This document shows positions 46,935-56,377 of a stretch of DNA of 64,000 nucleotides, in pieces. The position numbers were made by a program, and so were the translations under genes. The stretch comes from Candidatus Woesebacteria bacterium GW2011_GWB1_39_12. GTDB taxonomy: Bacteria > Patescibacteriota > Microgenomatia > UBA8517. The stretch covers positions 5,229 to 69,228 of the forward strand of contig LBWB01000001.1 in assembly GCA_000993405.1 (NCBI GenBank). The letters are read 5' to 3'. Positions within the stretch are counted from its first letter, which is position 1. Every line of letters starts with the position of its first letter. The notes below the pieces were generated by a model. That model ran no database searches. It was given only the letters and a program-made list of their open reading frames with translations, and was not told the origin of the DNA.

Positions 46935-47831
46935 TTAGTTTAAAGCAGTCAGATAGTCCAGTGCTTTTCTTCGTCTTAATATTGCTTCGATAAACCTTCT
47001 TCTTTCGGGTGTGTCAAGTTCTTTGGATAGTTTTGGATCGGCTTGGGCCGCATTAAGCGCCGCCTCGACATCTTTGGCTTCAATAGAAAGATTTTCCTTT
47101 TGTGCTACTTCACTTAAAATAAGATCCACAGAAATTGCATCAGATGCTTGTTTTTCATATTCAAGCCGAAGCGTTTCGCCGGTTTTATTGATTGAAGCAA
47201 GATACGATTCTAAGGATAAACCCAATTTTTCAAGTCTTTCTAAAAGTTTTGCTAAGCGGCTATTGGCTTCTTCGTCAATAAGAATCTTGGGAATCTTTAA
47301 ATTTATTTTTTCAAGAAGCGTTTTAAGAATTTGCTGTTCTTTTTCTTCACGGCTGGGTTCTTTTTTTTCTTTATCTTTTCCTGGAATCCAGAGAGATTTT
47401 GCTCGGTTTATTCCAGAGATGTCTTTTTTGTAATCATTGAGTTCTATTTTAGGAATCTCGCAGGTAACCGCCCTTACCTGCCAGTCTTCGCCATCCTGGG
47501 CTTTGACGAGTTCAAATCTTGGGTAAATTGCCGGCTTTATTTTGTATTTGCTAATTGAGTCGGTTACAAGTTTAGGCAGGATTTTAGAAAGAGTTTTTTC
47601 TAATAGAGTATTTTGAGGAATATGCTCGATTACTTTTTCTAAAGTTGCCATGCCACGTCTGAATCCTGGAACTTCAATGTCTTTTCCGAGCTCTTGGGCC
47701 GCATCCTCGCGAGATTTCTGAATTTTCTCATATGGAATGGTAAAGGTTATCTGAATAGTTCCATCGTCGCTTTTGGCAATTACGGATTCTATAGATTCGG
47801 TTTCGGATTTGGGAGATTTTAACTTAGGCAT
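46935..47831 (-). CDS. tig: trigger factor-like chaperone lacking the PPIase domain (298 aa)
   Basis: The N-terminal ribosome-binding signature PGFRRGMATLE (the GFRxGxxP motif) and a C-terminal arm domain. There is no FKBP segment. Confidence 0.55.
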   Translation of the reverse strand: MPKLKSPKSETESIESVIAKSDDGTIQITFTIPYEKIQKSREDAAQELGKDIEVPGFRRGMATLEKVIEHIPQNTLLEKTLSKILPKLVTDSISKYKIKPAIYPRFELVKAQDGEDWQVRAVTCEIPKIELNDYKKDISGINRAKSLWIPGKDKEKKEPSREEKEQQILKTLLEKINLKIPKILIDEEANSRLAKLLERLEKLGLSLESYLASINKTGETLRLEYEKQASDAISVDLILSEVAQKENLSIEAKDVEAALNAAQADPKLSKELDTPERRRFIEAILRRRKALDYLTALN

Positions 47832-47898
47832 ATGGGTGTATTATAATCTTTTAACTGGAAATTGGTAATTGGAATTTGGAAATTACCGAGCGGCGCGA

Positions 47899-48066
47899 GG
47901 TTTATCCTTTATGCTGGGTTTTAAACTGAGCTGGATTAAATTTTTGTTGTGGGCTAGAAAATTTGCTTTTGCCGCCACTAAAGAGACTTCCCTTAAAATG
48001 ATCGGGGGTTCTGTATTTAGGCCCTGCGGCGTTTGGTGCCGACTTAGATTTGATAAATGTCTTCAT
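47899..48066 (-). CDS. possible 55-aa basic micro-protein (not in track)
   Basis: Minus-strand translation MKTFIKSKSAPNAAGPKYRTPDHFKGSLFSGGKSKFSSPQQKFNPAQFKTQHKG is Lys-rich and looks more plausible than the overlapping Cys/Trp/Arg-rich plus ORF 47869..48120. Confidence 0.25.
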
Positions 48067-48147
48067 CCTTCGACTCCTCCCTTTAGTCGTCGCTCAGGAA
48101 AAGTATGTCATATTATATAACTTCAATGGAAAATGTAGTAGTCGGTT

Positions 48148-48495
48148 TTATTTTTTCTTATCTTGGGCAAGTTTGTGGAGGAAAAGGCTGACAAGGGAAA
48201 GGACTATAGAGGCAATGACAGCAGTCATAAAGTTTTCAATCACAAAGCCGGGAACAACAAAACTTACTCCCCACAAGAGAACCACGTTTATAAGAAATGC
48301 CGTAATTCCGAAGGTGATTATACTTAAAGGAATGAAGATTATCTGAAGGACGGGCTTAATAAAAGTATTAACAACTCCAATTACAACGGCGGTTACAATG
48401 GTATCCCAAAAAGTTTCAAAGCTGAAGCCCGGAACTAAATATGAAACAATTAATAAAGTAAATATATTTAACGCTAAAGTGATGATTAATTTCAT
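48148..48495 (-). CDS. DUF360/YvlD-like (holin-like 4-TM) membrane protein
   Basis: A 115-aa protein with 4 TM helices, including LIVSYLVPGF..VVIGVVNTFIKPVL typical of the YvlD/PF04020 family. Confidence 0.55.
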   Translation of the reverse strand: MKLIITLALNIFTLLIVSYLVPGFSFETFWDTIVTAVVIGVVNTFIKPVLQIIFIPLSIITFGITAFLINVVLLWGVSFVVPGFVIENFMTAVIASIVLSLVSLFLHKLAQDKKK

Positions 48496-48584
48496 AAGCT
48501 ACTAGTACCTGAATAGTTTAATGACTATCGTCTAGCATATTTTTAATAATGAGGTTTAAAAATAATTTTGTCAACCCGGTGGTT

Positions 48585-49640
48585 TCATTCTAAGTTGTCA
48601 TTGAAAAATTCCAGATCTCTTTGAATGACTACATCCCAGCTTGGGCGCATATTGTGATCGGTTGCCGGATATTTATTGTAAATAATGTCTTTATCAAGGG
48701 CTTTAAATTTATCGACTAGTTCATCACTCCAGGCAAGCGGAACCGCTTCATCGACAGTTCCTTGTTGGATTTGAATGGGAGCATTGATTCTGTCCAAATA
48801 ATTAGCAAGGGAATAAAGTTCAACATCGTAATCTTCTTCGAACTTTGAAAGTTCGCGCCTGATAAGCTTTCCCCGATCCTCCGATTCGTCTGTATAGAAA
48901 AGAACTGAATATGGAAAAGGCTTTGAGACGGGCGCCCAGAGGGTGGTCGGATAATCACCTCCGGTTATTTCTAGGATGGTTAAAGCAATTTGACCTCCGT
49001 TGGAGTGTCCCCAGAGAAAAATAGACGATCGATTAATCAGTGAATCGGTTAATCTGGGATAAGGGGTTGAGATTAAGCTAGGTTCTTTTGGAATATTTTC
49101 GATAGATTTGAGAAAACTCAAGACAGTAACATATGTTTGGAAACGGGTTTCAAAGATGTTTGCAGTTTCTTCGTCAGACCCTCCATACCCCAGAAAGTCC
49201 GGCGCAACTGTAATAAATCCTCGTTCGGCTAAAAAATTTGAGGCATTTCTGGTTCCATCCCCGGTTTTAAAGAGTTTTTGATCAATATATCCCCGAAACA
49301 TCAATATTAATGGAAATTTACCATCACCTTTCGGAAGGTTAATTTGTCCGGTTACCTTTTTTAGAGTTTTGCCGTCGAGATTTGGGTTAAATTCAAATTC
49401 AAAAAGATAAGAAGAATATTCAGTCTCTTCTTTTAAAACCTCTTTAATTTCAAGTTTACCTGGTTTAATTTCGGTTTTCGCTAGGTTTCCAATAGTGTAT
49501 TTTTCGAAAGGCTTGGGTTTTTGCTTGTCGATAATGGGTATCGAAGGGGTATTAGACAATTGCAATCTATCACCTAAATAGAGTCCAACAACAAAAGACG
49601 CTCCAGTTAAGATAAGAATAAATAAGAACTTTTTCATCAC
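48585..49640 (-). CDS. secreted alpha/beta hydrolase (esterase/peptidase-like)
   Basis: An N-terminal signal peptide, the nucleophile elbow GHSNGG (GxSxG) and downstream Asp/His candidates. Confidence 0.6.
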   Translation of the reverse strand: MMKKFLFILILTGASFVVGLYLGDRLQLSNTPSIPIIDKQKPKPFEKYTIGNLAKTEIKPGKLEIKEVLKEETEYSSYLFEFEFNPNLDGKTLKKVTGQINLPKGDGKFPLILMFRGYIDQKLFKTGDGTRNASNFLAERGFITVAPDFLGYGGSDEETANIFETRFQTYVTVLSFLKSIENIPKEPSLISTPYPRLTDSLINRSSIFLWGHSNGGQIALTILEITGGDYPTTLWAPVSKPFPYSVLFYTDESEDRGKLIRRELSKFEEDYDVELYSLANYLDRINAPIQIQQGTVDEAVPLAWSDELVDKFKALDKDIIYNKYPATDHNMRPSWDVVIQRDLEFFNDNLE

Positions 49641-49771
49641 CCGAATTGTACACTAAAGTGCCAGAAATTTTTGAAGATTTATAGCAGATTTCGAGAAAAC
49701 TGCAGGCTTTTAGCCCGCAGATGAATCGAACTCTGATATGTCATTCTCTTTTAGAAGAGAAACCCCGCACT

Positions 49772-51178
49772 TTAGTGCGGGGAGAATGTCATAAAGATAG
49801 TGAAAGTCGAAAAGCCTCCGTAGAAAAGGAATGCGCAGCCGACAGCAATAATTCTGAAAAGCGAGGGTCTTAAAGGTTTTTCAAGGATGGTCATGTTTGT
49901 CCAAAGTATGAGTCCCGAGTATATAAACATTGAAATTGCGTTTAAAACCGCTCCCGTCACAACCAGAGCCAGCGGTTCTGTGAAGCCCAAGGCGAAAATG
50001 GTAATGCCGGCAATAATTTGAAGCCAGAGAAAGCCGTAGAAAAATTTTGGCAGCTTGTCGGTTGAGAACTTGTCTTTGTTCATTATCACCAAGTTTTCGC
50101 TCGAGATTCGGGCATTACTGCCGTAGACGGAAAATTGTGTCCCAAAAAGCATTAGGGCTGCCATTAATAAAAAGAAAGTGCCTAGAGAAGGAAAAGTTCT
50201 TGCCGCAATTACGCCTCCCTCCCTTATGACAAAATTAATACTGGTTTCAACTCCCGGATCTTTGTAAACGGTTGCATAGGCTAGAAGTGAGAGGAGAAGC
50301 ATTGTAAATGCACCGGTAATCCAAAAAACGACTGCGTGCTCTATATTTATTCGCTTCCACCAAATCTTAAATTTATTTATATTTTCCTGGGTTGGCTCAA
50401 ACGAGGCTCCTTCGAGTTTCACCTCCTCTTTTTTACCCGAAAGTATATTTGTAATGTGTCCGGCATATTTTGCCATTCCGTAGCCTTTTTCTTTGACGTA
50501 TAGAGATTGTGCCAAATTCAGATTCCCTCCTGCTCCCGCGTAGGCAAGTGCTCCCAGAAAAGTTGCAACAGGAAGGCCTACGGGTAAAAACCAAAAGCCT
50601 TCCCCAAGCCCGAAAATTCCTTTGGAGAGGGCTACCCAGTCTGTTCCCTTTGCGAAAAAGAGGGTAATCAGGAAAATAAAGGGAATGCCGACAAGTATAA
50701 TTATTTTCTGGACTTTTTCCTGGGTTTTATAGACGACGTGTCCTAGACTGTAAAGGACACCTAAGAGGATTAGCATAATAATTCCGACATATTTTGAATA
50801 AGTAATTCCGAGAGAGGCGGAAACAACTTTACTGGATGCGGCCATTATCCCCGGCCAAAGCCAAGGAACAAGAGTTGTTGCTATAAACCAGTAGGGTGAA
50901 ATTTTGCCGAACTTTCGCGTCAGGCCGACAAAAATGCTTTCTCCAGTTGCCAGAGTATATCTTTCAATTTCCATATTGATGAAGAATTGGAAGGTTATAC
51001 CAAGGACAGCCGCCCAGATGATGCCAAGGCCGAAATTGGAGGTAAGGTATGGCCAAAGAATTAGTTCTCCGCTGCCAAGCCCGACCCCTAAGATTATAAA
51101 ACTTGGTCCTATCAACTTTCTCAAAGGCCAGGGATCTGGTAACTCCTGTTTATTTAGAGGCGCCAATTTACTCATCAA
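49772..51178 (-). CDS. polytopic membrane transporter, possibly Nramp/MntH-like
   Basis: 468 aa with about 11 TM segments. The N-terminal GVGLGSGELILWP resembles the Nramp TM1 motif. The assignment is tentative. Confidence 0.45.
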   Translation of the reverse strand: MMSKLAPLNKQELPDPWPLRKLIGPSFIILGVGLGSGELILWPYLTSNFGLGIIWAAVLGITFQFFINMEIERYTLATGESIFVGLTRKFGKISPYWFIATTLVPWLWPGIMAASSKVVSASLGITYSKYVGIIMLILLGVLYSLGHVVYKTQEKVQKIIILVGIPFIFLITLFFAKGTDWVALSKGIFGLGEGFWFLPVGLPVATFLGALAYAGAGGNLNLAQSLYVKEKGYGMAKYAGHITNILSGKKEEVKLEGASFEPTQENINKFKIWWKRINIEHAVVFWITGAFTMLLLSLLAYATVYKDPGVETSINFVIREGGVIAARTFPSLGTFFLLMAALMLFGTQFSVYGSNARISSENLVIMNKDKFSTDKLPKFFYGFLWLQIIAGITIFALGFTEPLALVVTGAVLNAISMFIYSGLILWTNMTILEKPLRPSLFRIIAVGCAFLFYGGFSTFTIFMTFSPH

Positions 51179-51228
51179 CTTAGTTTAGGGCAAATTCATG
51201 TTATTTGGCAAGAAATAATTCTTTAAGT

Positions 51229-52215
51229 TTAAGAACAGGAGATTCTGGGAAGAAAAATTCTCATGAATCTTACCCTAAGAGGTAATAATTGCAGAGTACA
51301 TACACTCGTTCTCCCAGGAAATCGAAAGACGCCTATTACAAATGAGGACGGGGTAGGAACGGGCGAGGGTGTTGGTGTAGGTTCAAGTGTAGGGGTTGGT
51401 TCTTCGGTCGGCGTAACTTGCTCAGTTGGAGTTGGGGTTGCTTCCTCTGTAGGTGTGGGTGTTAATTCCTCTGTTGGTGTGGGAGTAGGCTCCTCGGTGG
51501 GTGTTGGTGTTAGGGTTTCACTAGGTGTAGGTTCCAGAGTCGGAGTCGGAGTTAATGTTTCTGTAGGCGTTGCGGAAGGTTCAGACGGCGTTTCAGTGGC
51601 TGAACCTGTGTTTTGAGGATCGGAAGTAACTCTTTGTAGAAAATCAACATTATTATTATCTGTGTCTTCTCCATTGCCTCCGCTTTCATCTAATCCGGAT
51701 GAACTGGATTTCCGCTCAATGCTTCCATTTGCAGCGGGATTATCTGTTACGGCAGTTGTTTCCGTATCAACTGCCGATCCAAAACCCACCTTATCCACCA
51801 AAGTTACACCCGCATCGCTATACAAAAGTACGGTGTAGTTATTGGTTAAAGCATTACTTGCTGCTGAGTAGGGAACGTCCAGGGCTGCACTTCCGTTGTA
51901 GCCTGTCCCATGACCGATTAAGAAAAAGCCGTGTGCGGGAATCGTTCCACTAAGACTTGCTACTAAATTAGCCTCTGTTCCGGCACTGTTTTTTCGGGTA
52001 AGCCGCCAGCCAGTCATGACAACGTCAGAACCGGTTGGGTTATAAAGTTCTACAAACTCGTCATTATCAGGATCTGCACTATCTCCTGAAATTTGAACTT
52101 CGGAAATAACAGCGTGAGTACTCAGTGAATATGTTGGTTTTGCTTTTGATAATGAAAAGACTATGAGAAGGAAAAAAGAAAGTACAATTGGGAGTATAAG
52201 ATACTTTCTGGGCAT
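51229..52215 (-). CDS. secreted lamin-tail-domain (LTD) protein with a PT-rich repetitive linker
   Basis: A signal peptide ([21 protein letters not shown]), an LTD motif [36 protein letters not shown], then TPTPTEE tandem repeats. Confidence 0.6.
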   Translation of the reverse strand: MPRKYLILPIVLSFFLLIVFSLSKAKPTYSLSTHAVISEVQISGDSADPDNDEFVELYNPTGSDVVMTGWRLTRKNSAGTEANLVASLSGTIPAHGFFLIGHGTGYNGSAALDVPYSAASNALTNNYTVLLYSDAGVTLVDKVGFGSAVDTETTAVTDNPAANGSIERKSSSSGLDESGGNGEDTDNNNVDFLQRVTSDPQNTGSATETPSEPSATPTETLTPTPTLEPTPSETLTPTPTEEPTPTPTEELTPTPTEEATPTPTEQVTPTEEPTPTLEPTPTPSPVPTPSSFVIGVFRFPGRTSVCTLQLLPLRVRFMRIFLPRISCS

Positions 52216-52341
52216 GTTTTTAAGGATTATTACTTTCATAGTAGAAATAAAAAATCCGATATGTCAACTGCATCTTTATGCATCTTTTTTTATCAATTTG
52301 GGACTTGATTTGTATATTTTTCGGGATTATAACTAAAGTAG

Positions 52342-52626
52342 ATGTTTGGGTTTTATTTGGAAGTTATGATTGAGAAAATCTCTATTCCGGTATCAGTCAG
52401 CTTATCCTTTGATAGTAAAAGAAGAAAGGTAATTCCCAAGTGGATTATTTGGAATGATCGTCTCTACCCTATCGTAAAAATCGGACTTCATCATACTTTC
52501 CGTGAAGGCAGGGTTCTTTATCATGTATTTTCGGTTGTCAGCAAAACCCTATTTTTCAGGCTCGTTTTGAATACTGAAAATTTACATTGGAAGCTGGAAG
52601 AAATTTCTGACGGATTACCGGATTAG
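52342..52626 (+). CDS. hypothetical small protein (94 aa) immediately upstream of the Y-family polymerase
   Basis: It ends 8 nt before the dinB start. No motif. Confidence 0.4.
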   Translation: MFGFYLEVMIEKISIPVSVSLSFDSKRRKVIPKWIIWNDRLYPIVKIGLHHTFREGRVLYHVFSVVSKTLFFRLVLNTENLHWKLEEISDGLPD

Positions 52627-52634
52627 TTTATTTT

Positions 52635-53885
52635 TTGCTCGACATGGAATTTAATCCCAAACCTTCAACTATTCTACATATTGATTTAAACAGTTGCTTT
52701 GCGACAATTGAGCAGCAGGCAAATCCGCATTTGAGGGGAAAACCAATTGCGGTTGCGGCGTATTCAACTCCTAATGGTTGTATTTTGGCGCCGTCTGTCG
52801 AAGCAAAACGCTATGGAATAAAAACAGGGATGAGAGTTAAAGATGGCAAACTTCTTTACCCGAACTTGATAATTTTGCCGCCTGATCCTTGGAAATATAG
52901 AAACGTACACCTCAAATTGAGACGACTTATCTCCAATTACACGGCTGATCTTTATCCGAAGTCAATTGATGAATTTGTTTTAAATTTGGAAGGATATCCT
53001 TCATTAGTAACAAGTAGCATGGAGAATGTAGCAAGGGAAATTAAAACGAGAATTAAAAAGGAAATTGGAGAATGGCTAACTGTTTCAATCGGGATTGCGC
53101 CAAACCGTTTTTTGGCAAAGCTGGCCTCGTCTTTTCATAAACCCGATGGTTTAGACGAAATCAATAAAGCTAACTTTTTAGACTGTTATCTTAAACTTAG
53201 ACTGACTGATCTTCCTTACATAAAAATCCGGAATGCGATCCGATTGAATAATATGGGGATTTACACGGTCGTCGATTTTTATAACGCACCGCTTTGGAAA
53301 TTAAAAGCAGCTTTTGAATCCATAAACGGATACTACTGGTATTTGCGCCTTCGTGGCTGGGAAATAGATGATGCCATCTTTAGACGCAGAAGTTATGGTA
53401 ATTCATATGCCTTGCCGCGCCCGTTGGTTACCCCCGAAGAACTCTCCCCTATTTTAGCCAAATTGGTTACAAAAATGGGAGCAAGGTTAAGACACGCAGG
53501 TTATAAAGCCAAAGGAGTGCATGTTGCAGTTTCGTTTAGAGACGGAGGGTTTTGGCATAAAAACGTTACCTTGGAGAAGGTAATTTTCGATACTCGGGAT
53601 ATATATAAAAAAGCTTTCAAGATTTTGTGTAGTTCACCATACAGAAAGCCCGTTCGAGAGTTGGCAGTCTCATCCTTTAATCTAATGAAGTACAGACAAA
53701 CTCAACTTGAACTTTTTGAGGACGTAGTAAGAAAAGAAAAATTAGTTAATTCAATAGATGAAATCAACGAACGTTGGGGAGATTTTGTAATAACGCCTGC
53801 CAGAATGCTTGCCGCGTCCGACGCGGTGCCTGACAGAATTGCTTTTGGGGGAGTAAAGGAACTGGAGGAATTTACACTAACGTAA
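52635..53885 (+). CDS. dinB: Y-family DNA polymerase (DinB/Pol IV-like)
   Basis: ILHIDLNSCFATIEQ..LRGKPIAVAA is the catalytic DxD motif region, and a little-finger domain follows. The length is 416 aa. Confidence 0.85.
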   Translation: MLDMEFNPKPSTILHIDLNSCFATIEQQANPHLRGKPIAVAAYSTPNGCILAPSVEAKRYGIKTGMRVKDGKLLYPNLIILPPDPWKYRNVHLKLRRLISNYTADLYPKSIDEFVLNLEGYPSLVTSSMENVAREIKTRIKKEIGEWLTVSIGIAPNRFLAKLASSFHKPDGLDEINKANFLDCYLKLRLTDLPYIKIRNAIRLNNMGIYTVVDFYNAPLWKLKAAFESINGYYWYLRLRGWEIDDAIFRRRSYGNSYALPRPLVTPEELSPILAKLVTKMGARLRHAGYKAKGVHVAVSFRDGGFWHKNVTLEKVIFDTRDIYKKAFKILCSSPYRKPVRELAVSSFNLMKYRQTQLELFEDVVRKEKLVNSIDEINERWGDFVITPARMLAASDAVPDRIAFGGVKELEEFTLT

Positions 53886-54028
53886 TGCCAATATACGAAT
53901 GCGTGCGAATGCTGCGAATGGAGTTTGAACCGACGAATAAATAGTCTAGTGGTTAGGGTTAAGATGCCCGTTTCGGTTACGTAAGACGTAAAACGAATTA
54001 CGATACGGGCTTCGTTGCCGTTACCGAA

Positions 54029-54538
54029 TTATAACTTTGAGATATCAACGTTATCCCCTACCTCAACCCCATTCTTTTCCGAAAATCCTGCCTTAACTTC
54101 CAGTACATAATCGATTGCAACAGGCGGACGATATAAGGGAAGCTCGTTTGAAGGAGTTTCTGGGGGAGGTGGCGGAACACTTTCGTCAAGCTTTATGATT
54201 TTACCATCAGCTATCCAGATGATGTCGATAGAAATTAACATATCTTTCATCCAGAAAGCCGGAGAAGATTTGCTTTCAAAAACAAAGAGCATTCCCTCGT
54301 TATCTTTTAAGGTTTTGCGACCGGACAGGCCTTTAGCCTTTTCTTCGTTATTATCCGCAAGATCGATGAAAATATTAGCATTACCGACTTTTATTTGTGG
54401 CCTTGAGTCTTTGAAAACAATTTGTGTATTTGCAGGTTTTGAATTTAGCTTGGAGTTAAATAATCTATTTTTAAATAAAAGGAGGAATAATCCACAACTT
54501 ATTACTAATAGACAAAATATTATCGCCTTTTTCGACAT
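54029..54538 (-). CDS. DUF192 (COG1430) family secreted protein
   Basis: ..KAKGLSGRKTLKDNEGMLFVF..FWMKDMLISIDIIW.. matches the DUF192 signature. An N-terminal TM/signal is present. Confidence 0.65.
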   Translation of the reverse strand: MSKKAIIFCLLVISCGLFLLLFKNRLFNSKLNSKPANTQIVFKDSRPQIKVGNANIFIDLADNNEEKAKGLSGRKTLKDNEGMLFVFESKSSPAFWMKDMLISIDIIWIADGKIIKLDESVPPPPPETPSNELPLYRPPVAIDYVLEVKAGFSEKNGVEVGDNVDISKL

Positions 54539-54556
54539 AATAGATGTTAGCGAAGT

Positions 54557-54817
54557 TTAATAAGTGTTTAACTCTTTATCAATATCCTGAAGCTCTTTAT
54601 CTACGTCGGAAAGGTCAGTTTCGTTTAAATCTTTTTCAATATCTCCTACTCTATCGGAGTCAGACTGAGATTCCATGTTAGTTATTTCTTTCTGGTATGA
54701 TGTAGAGCTTGATGGTGTACTTCGTTGTCTTGCAAGGGTCATTGCCATATACGCCAAAGCCACTACTAAAATGGCTGCTAAGAATATTAGGAAGTTTTTT
54801 CGTGATACTAGTTGCAT
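54557..54817 (-). CDS. hypothetical membrane-anchored acidic protein (86 aa)
   Basis: An N-terminal TM followed by a D/E-rich tail. Confidence 0.35.
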   Translation of the reverse strand: MQLVSRKNFLIFLAAILVVALAYMAMTLARQRSTPSSSTSYQKEITNMESQSDSDRVGDIEKDLNETDLSDVDKELQDIDKELNTY

Positions 54818-54820
54818 GTT

Positions 54821-55561
54821 TTAAACACCTCCTGTCGGCACAACTGTTGGAGTAAGTGTGACTTCTACTGTGGGAGTAGGTGTTGCAGTCGCTGGTACCT
54901 CGGTTGGTGTAACAGCCGAAGAAGGCGACGCACCCTGTCCGACTCTCAGACCTTTCATATCACCTATAAGATGCACTAATTTCCTATGAATCTCTATTAG
55001 ATCTGACTTAATTTCCTTAACCAGAGATCTAACCATTGCAAATGCTTCTTTGGGTTCCTGCGATGCCAATGCTGTTTCAACTTCCACATCCGCAGCTTCA
55101 ATATTAGTCATAACTGCAGTGAGCATTTCTTTTGCCTCAAGAACCTGCGCATTGATATCGTCCAGATCCACATCCTCATTTACCTCCTCGATTTTTGCCA
55201 ATCTCGATTCAATTCGCTCGATTAACTTTTCCAGTCTTTCGGCTGCTGCCAGCAACCTTCTTCTTAGAAGTCCCCAGAAATTTGAAATTCTTTCAGTACG
55301 TTTTTGAGTTAGTTGTGCCTCGCGTGACGCTTTTTTTTGCTCTAAATTTGCTTGTCTATCACTACTTCTTTCCTCAAGGAGGGCCTTTTTTTCTTCAAGT
55401 CTTTGATCTCGGAGCTGAAGTTTTTGTTCTCTTATTGATGAAGGAGTTGAGGTTTGTGCAAAAGAATACGGTGCGAATACCGCAGCCGCAATAACAAAGA
55501 AAATAAGAATTGCAATTTTTCTCATCTTACTTATTTTGTAGTATGTATTTTTATTTGTCAA
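54821..55561 (-). CDS. secreted coiled-coil protein with a PT-rich C-terminus
   Basis: A signal peptide (MRKIAILIFFVIAAAVFAPYSFA), a long heptad-like region and a C-terminal TPTEVPATATPTPTVEVTLTPTVVPT. Confidence 0.45.
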   Translation of the reverse strand: MTNKNTYYKISKMRKIAILIFFVIAAAVFAPYSFAQTSTPSSIREQKLQLRDQRLEEKKALLEERSSDRQANLEQKKASREAQLTQKRTERISNFWGLLRRRLLAAAERLEKLIERIESRLAKIEEVNEDVDLDDINAQVLEAKEMLTAVMTNIEAADVEVETALASQEPKEAFAMVRSLVKEIKSDLIEIHRKLVHLIGDMKGLRVGQGASPSSAVTPTEVPATATPTPTVEVTLTPTVVPTGGV

Positions 55562-55813
55562 GCCATGAAGTAGAACGTGTGTTCACTTCATGGTGATGCA
55601 TCTTCTCCAAGAACTTGGGGTTCGTTGGTTGACGCTATTTCAGAAGATTCAGTTCTCAGTCCGAAAATGTAAATAGAGATTATTAACGCAAAAATTATAG
55701 AGGGTATCAGAAGCAAAAAAAGATTGAAGTTTCTGTTGGATGTACTTGTGTGAATATGGACAGGTTCCATATTTTAATCTTACAGCTTCATTTCAAGAGA
55801 GTCAAAATTATTC

Positions 55814-56137
55814 CTACCTCTGCCTGTACCAGGAACAGCGGTTTTGAATACAGCCGCAGGAGTATGTTTCCTTTTCTGGAATTTCGACTACTTCGCAGGT
55901 TGTAACAACTTCGTGGTTTGCGCAGACTTGGGAAGAACAGCCGGAAGGGAAACAGTCCGAATTTTGATTACAGTTTCCACTTGCCATTGCAGGTGATCCC
56001 TCTTTGTTTGTCAAAATTTGAGGACTAGAGCTATCCTTTGTTGAGGGAAATGAATTATTTGAACGTTGATAGAAAAAGTAGACTAAACCGAATACGATTG
56101 TTAATATGAGTATAACGACAGGTATATATTTTTTCAT
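55814..56137 (-). CDS. small secreted 8-cysteine protein (107 aa)
   Basis: An N-terminal TM/signal, then eight Cys in 60 aa (GNCNQNSDCFPSGCSSQVCAN..TTCEV..YSCGCIQNRC). Confidence 0.5.
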   Translation of the reverse strand: MKKYIPVVILILTIVFGLVYFFYQRSNNSFPSTKDSSSPQILTNKEGSPAMASGNCNQNSDCFPSGCSSQVCANHEVVTTCEVVEIPEKETYSCGCIQNRCSWYRQR

Positions 56138-56195
56138 CGCTACAGTGCACTTTGTATTCGCAAATTCGAACTTATTTCAAAAATCAGGTATTGCA

Positions 56196-56230
56196 TTGAG
56201 GCGCGGCGCCCGCACCGCCACGCGTTTAAT
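56196..56230 (-). repeat. GC-rich hairpin element, copy 1 (GCGUGGCG-GUGCGGG-CGCCGCGC on the minus strand)
   Basis: An island of about 30 nt at roughly 85 percent GC in an AT-rich intergenic region. The 8-bp stem has a G-U wobble on the minus-strand RNA. It is preceded by aaaaaauaauuaaac. Confidence 0.6.
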
Positions 56231-56377
56231 TATTTTTTGCGCGCGATCAATCCAATACCTCAAATCTTTCAGGCTTTCGTCATTTTAACATAATTATTGT
56301 AATTTTGCCTTTGTCCCAACCCACCCGTACGCAGACAAAATTGTTGTTTTTAAAAAATCACTTCCTCGATCAATTAA

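Noticed and set aside
47869-48120. Plus ORF with Cys/Trp/Arg-rich product
   Set aside because: Its composition is typical of an antisense frame. The opposite-strand 55-aa Lys-rich ORF is more plausible, though still low confidence.
51263-51616. Plus ORF with a GV-rich product
   Set aside because: It is the antisense reading of the PT-repeat region of the LTD protein.
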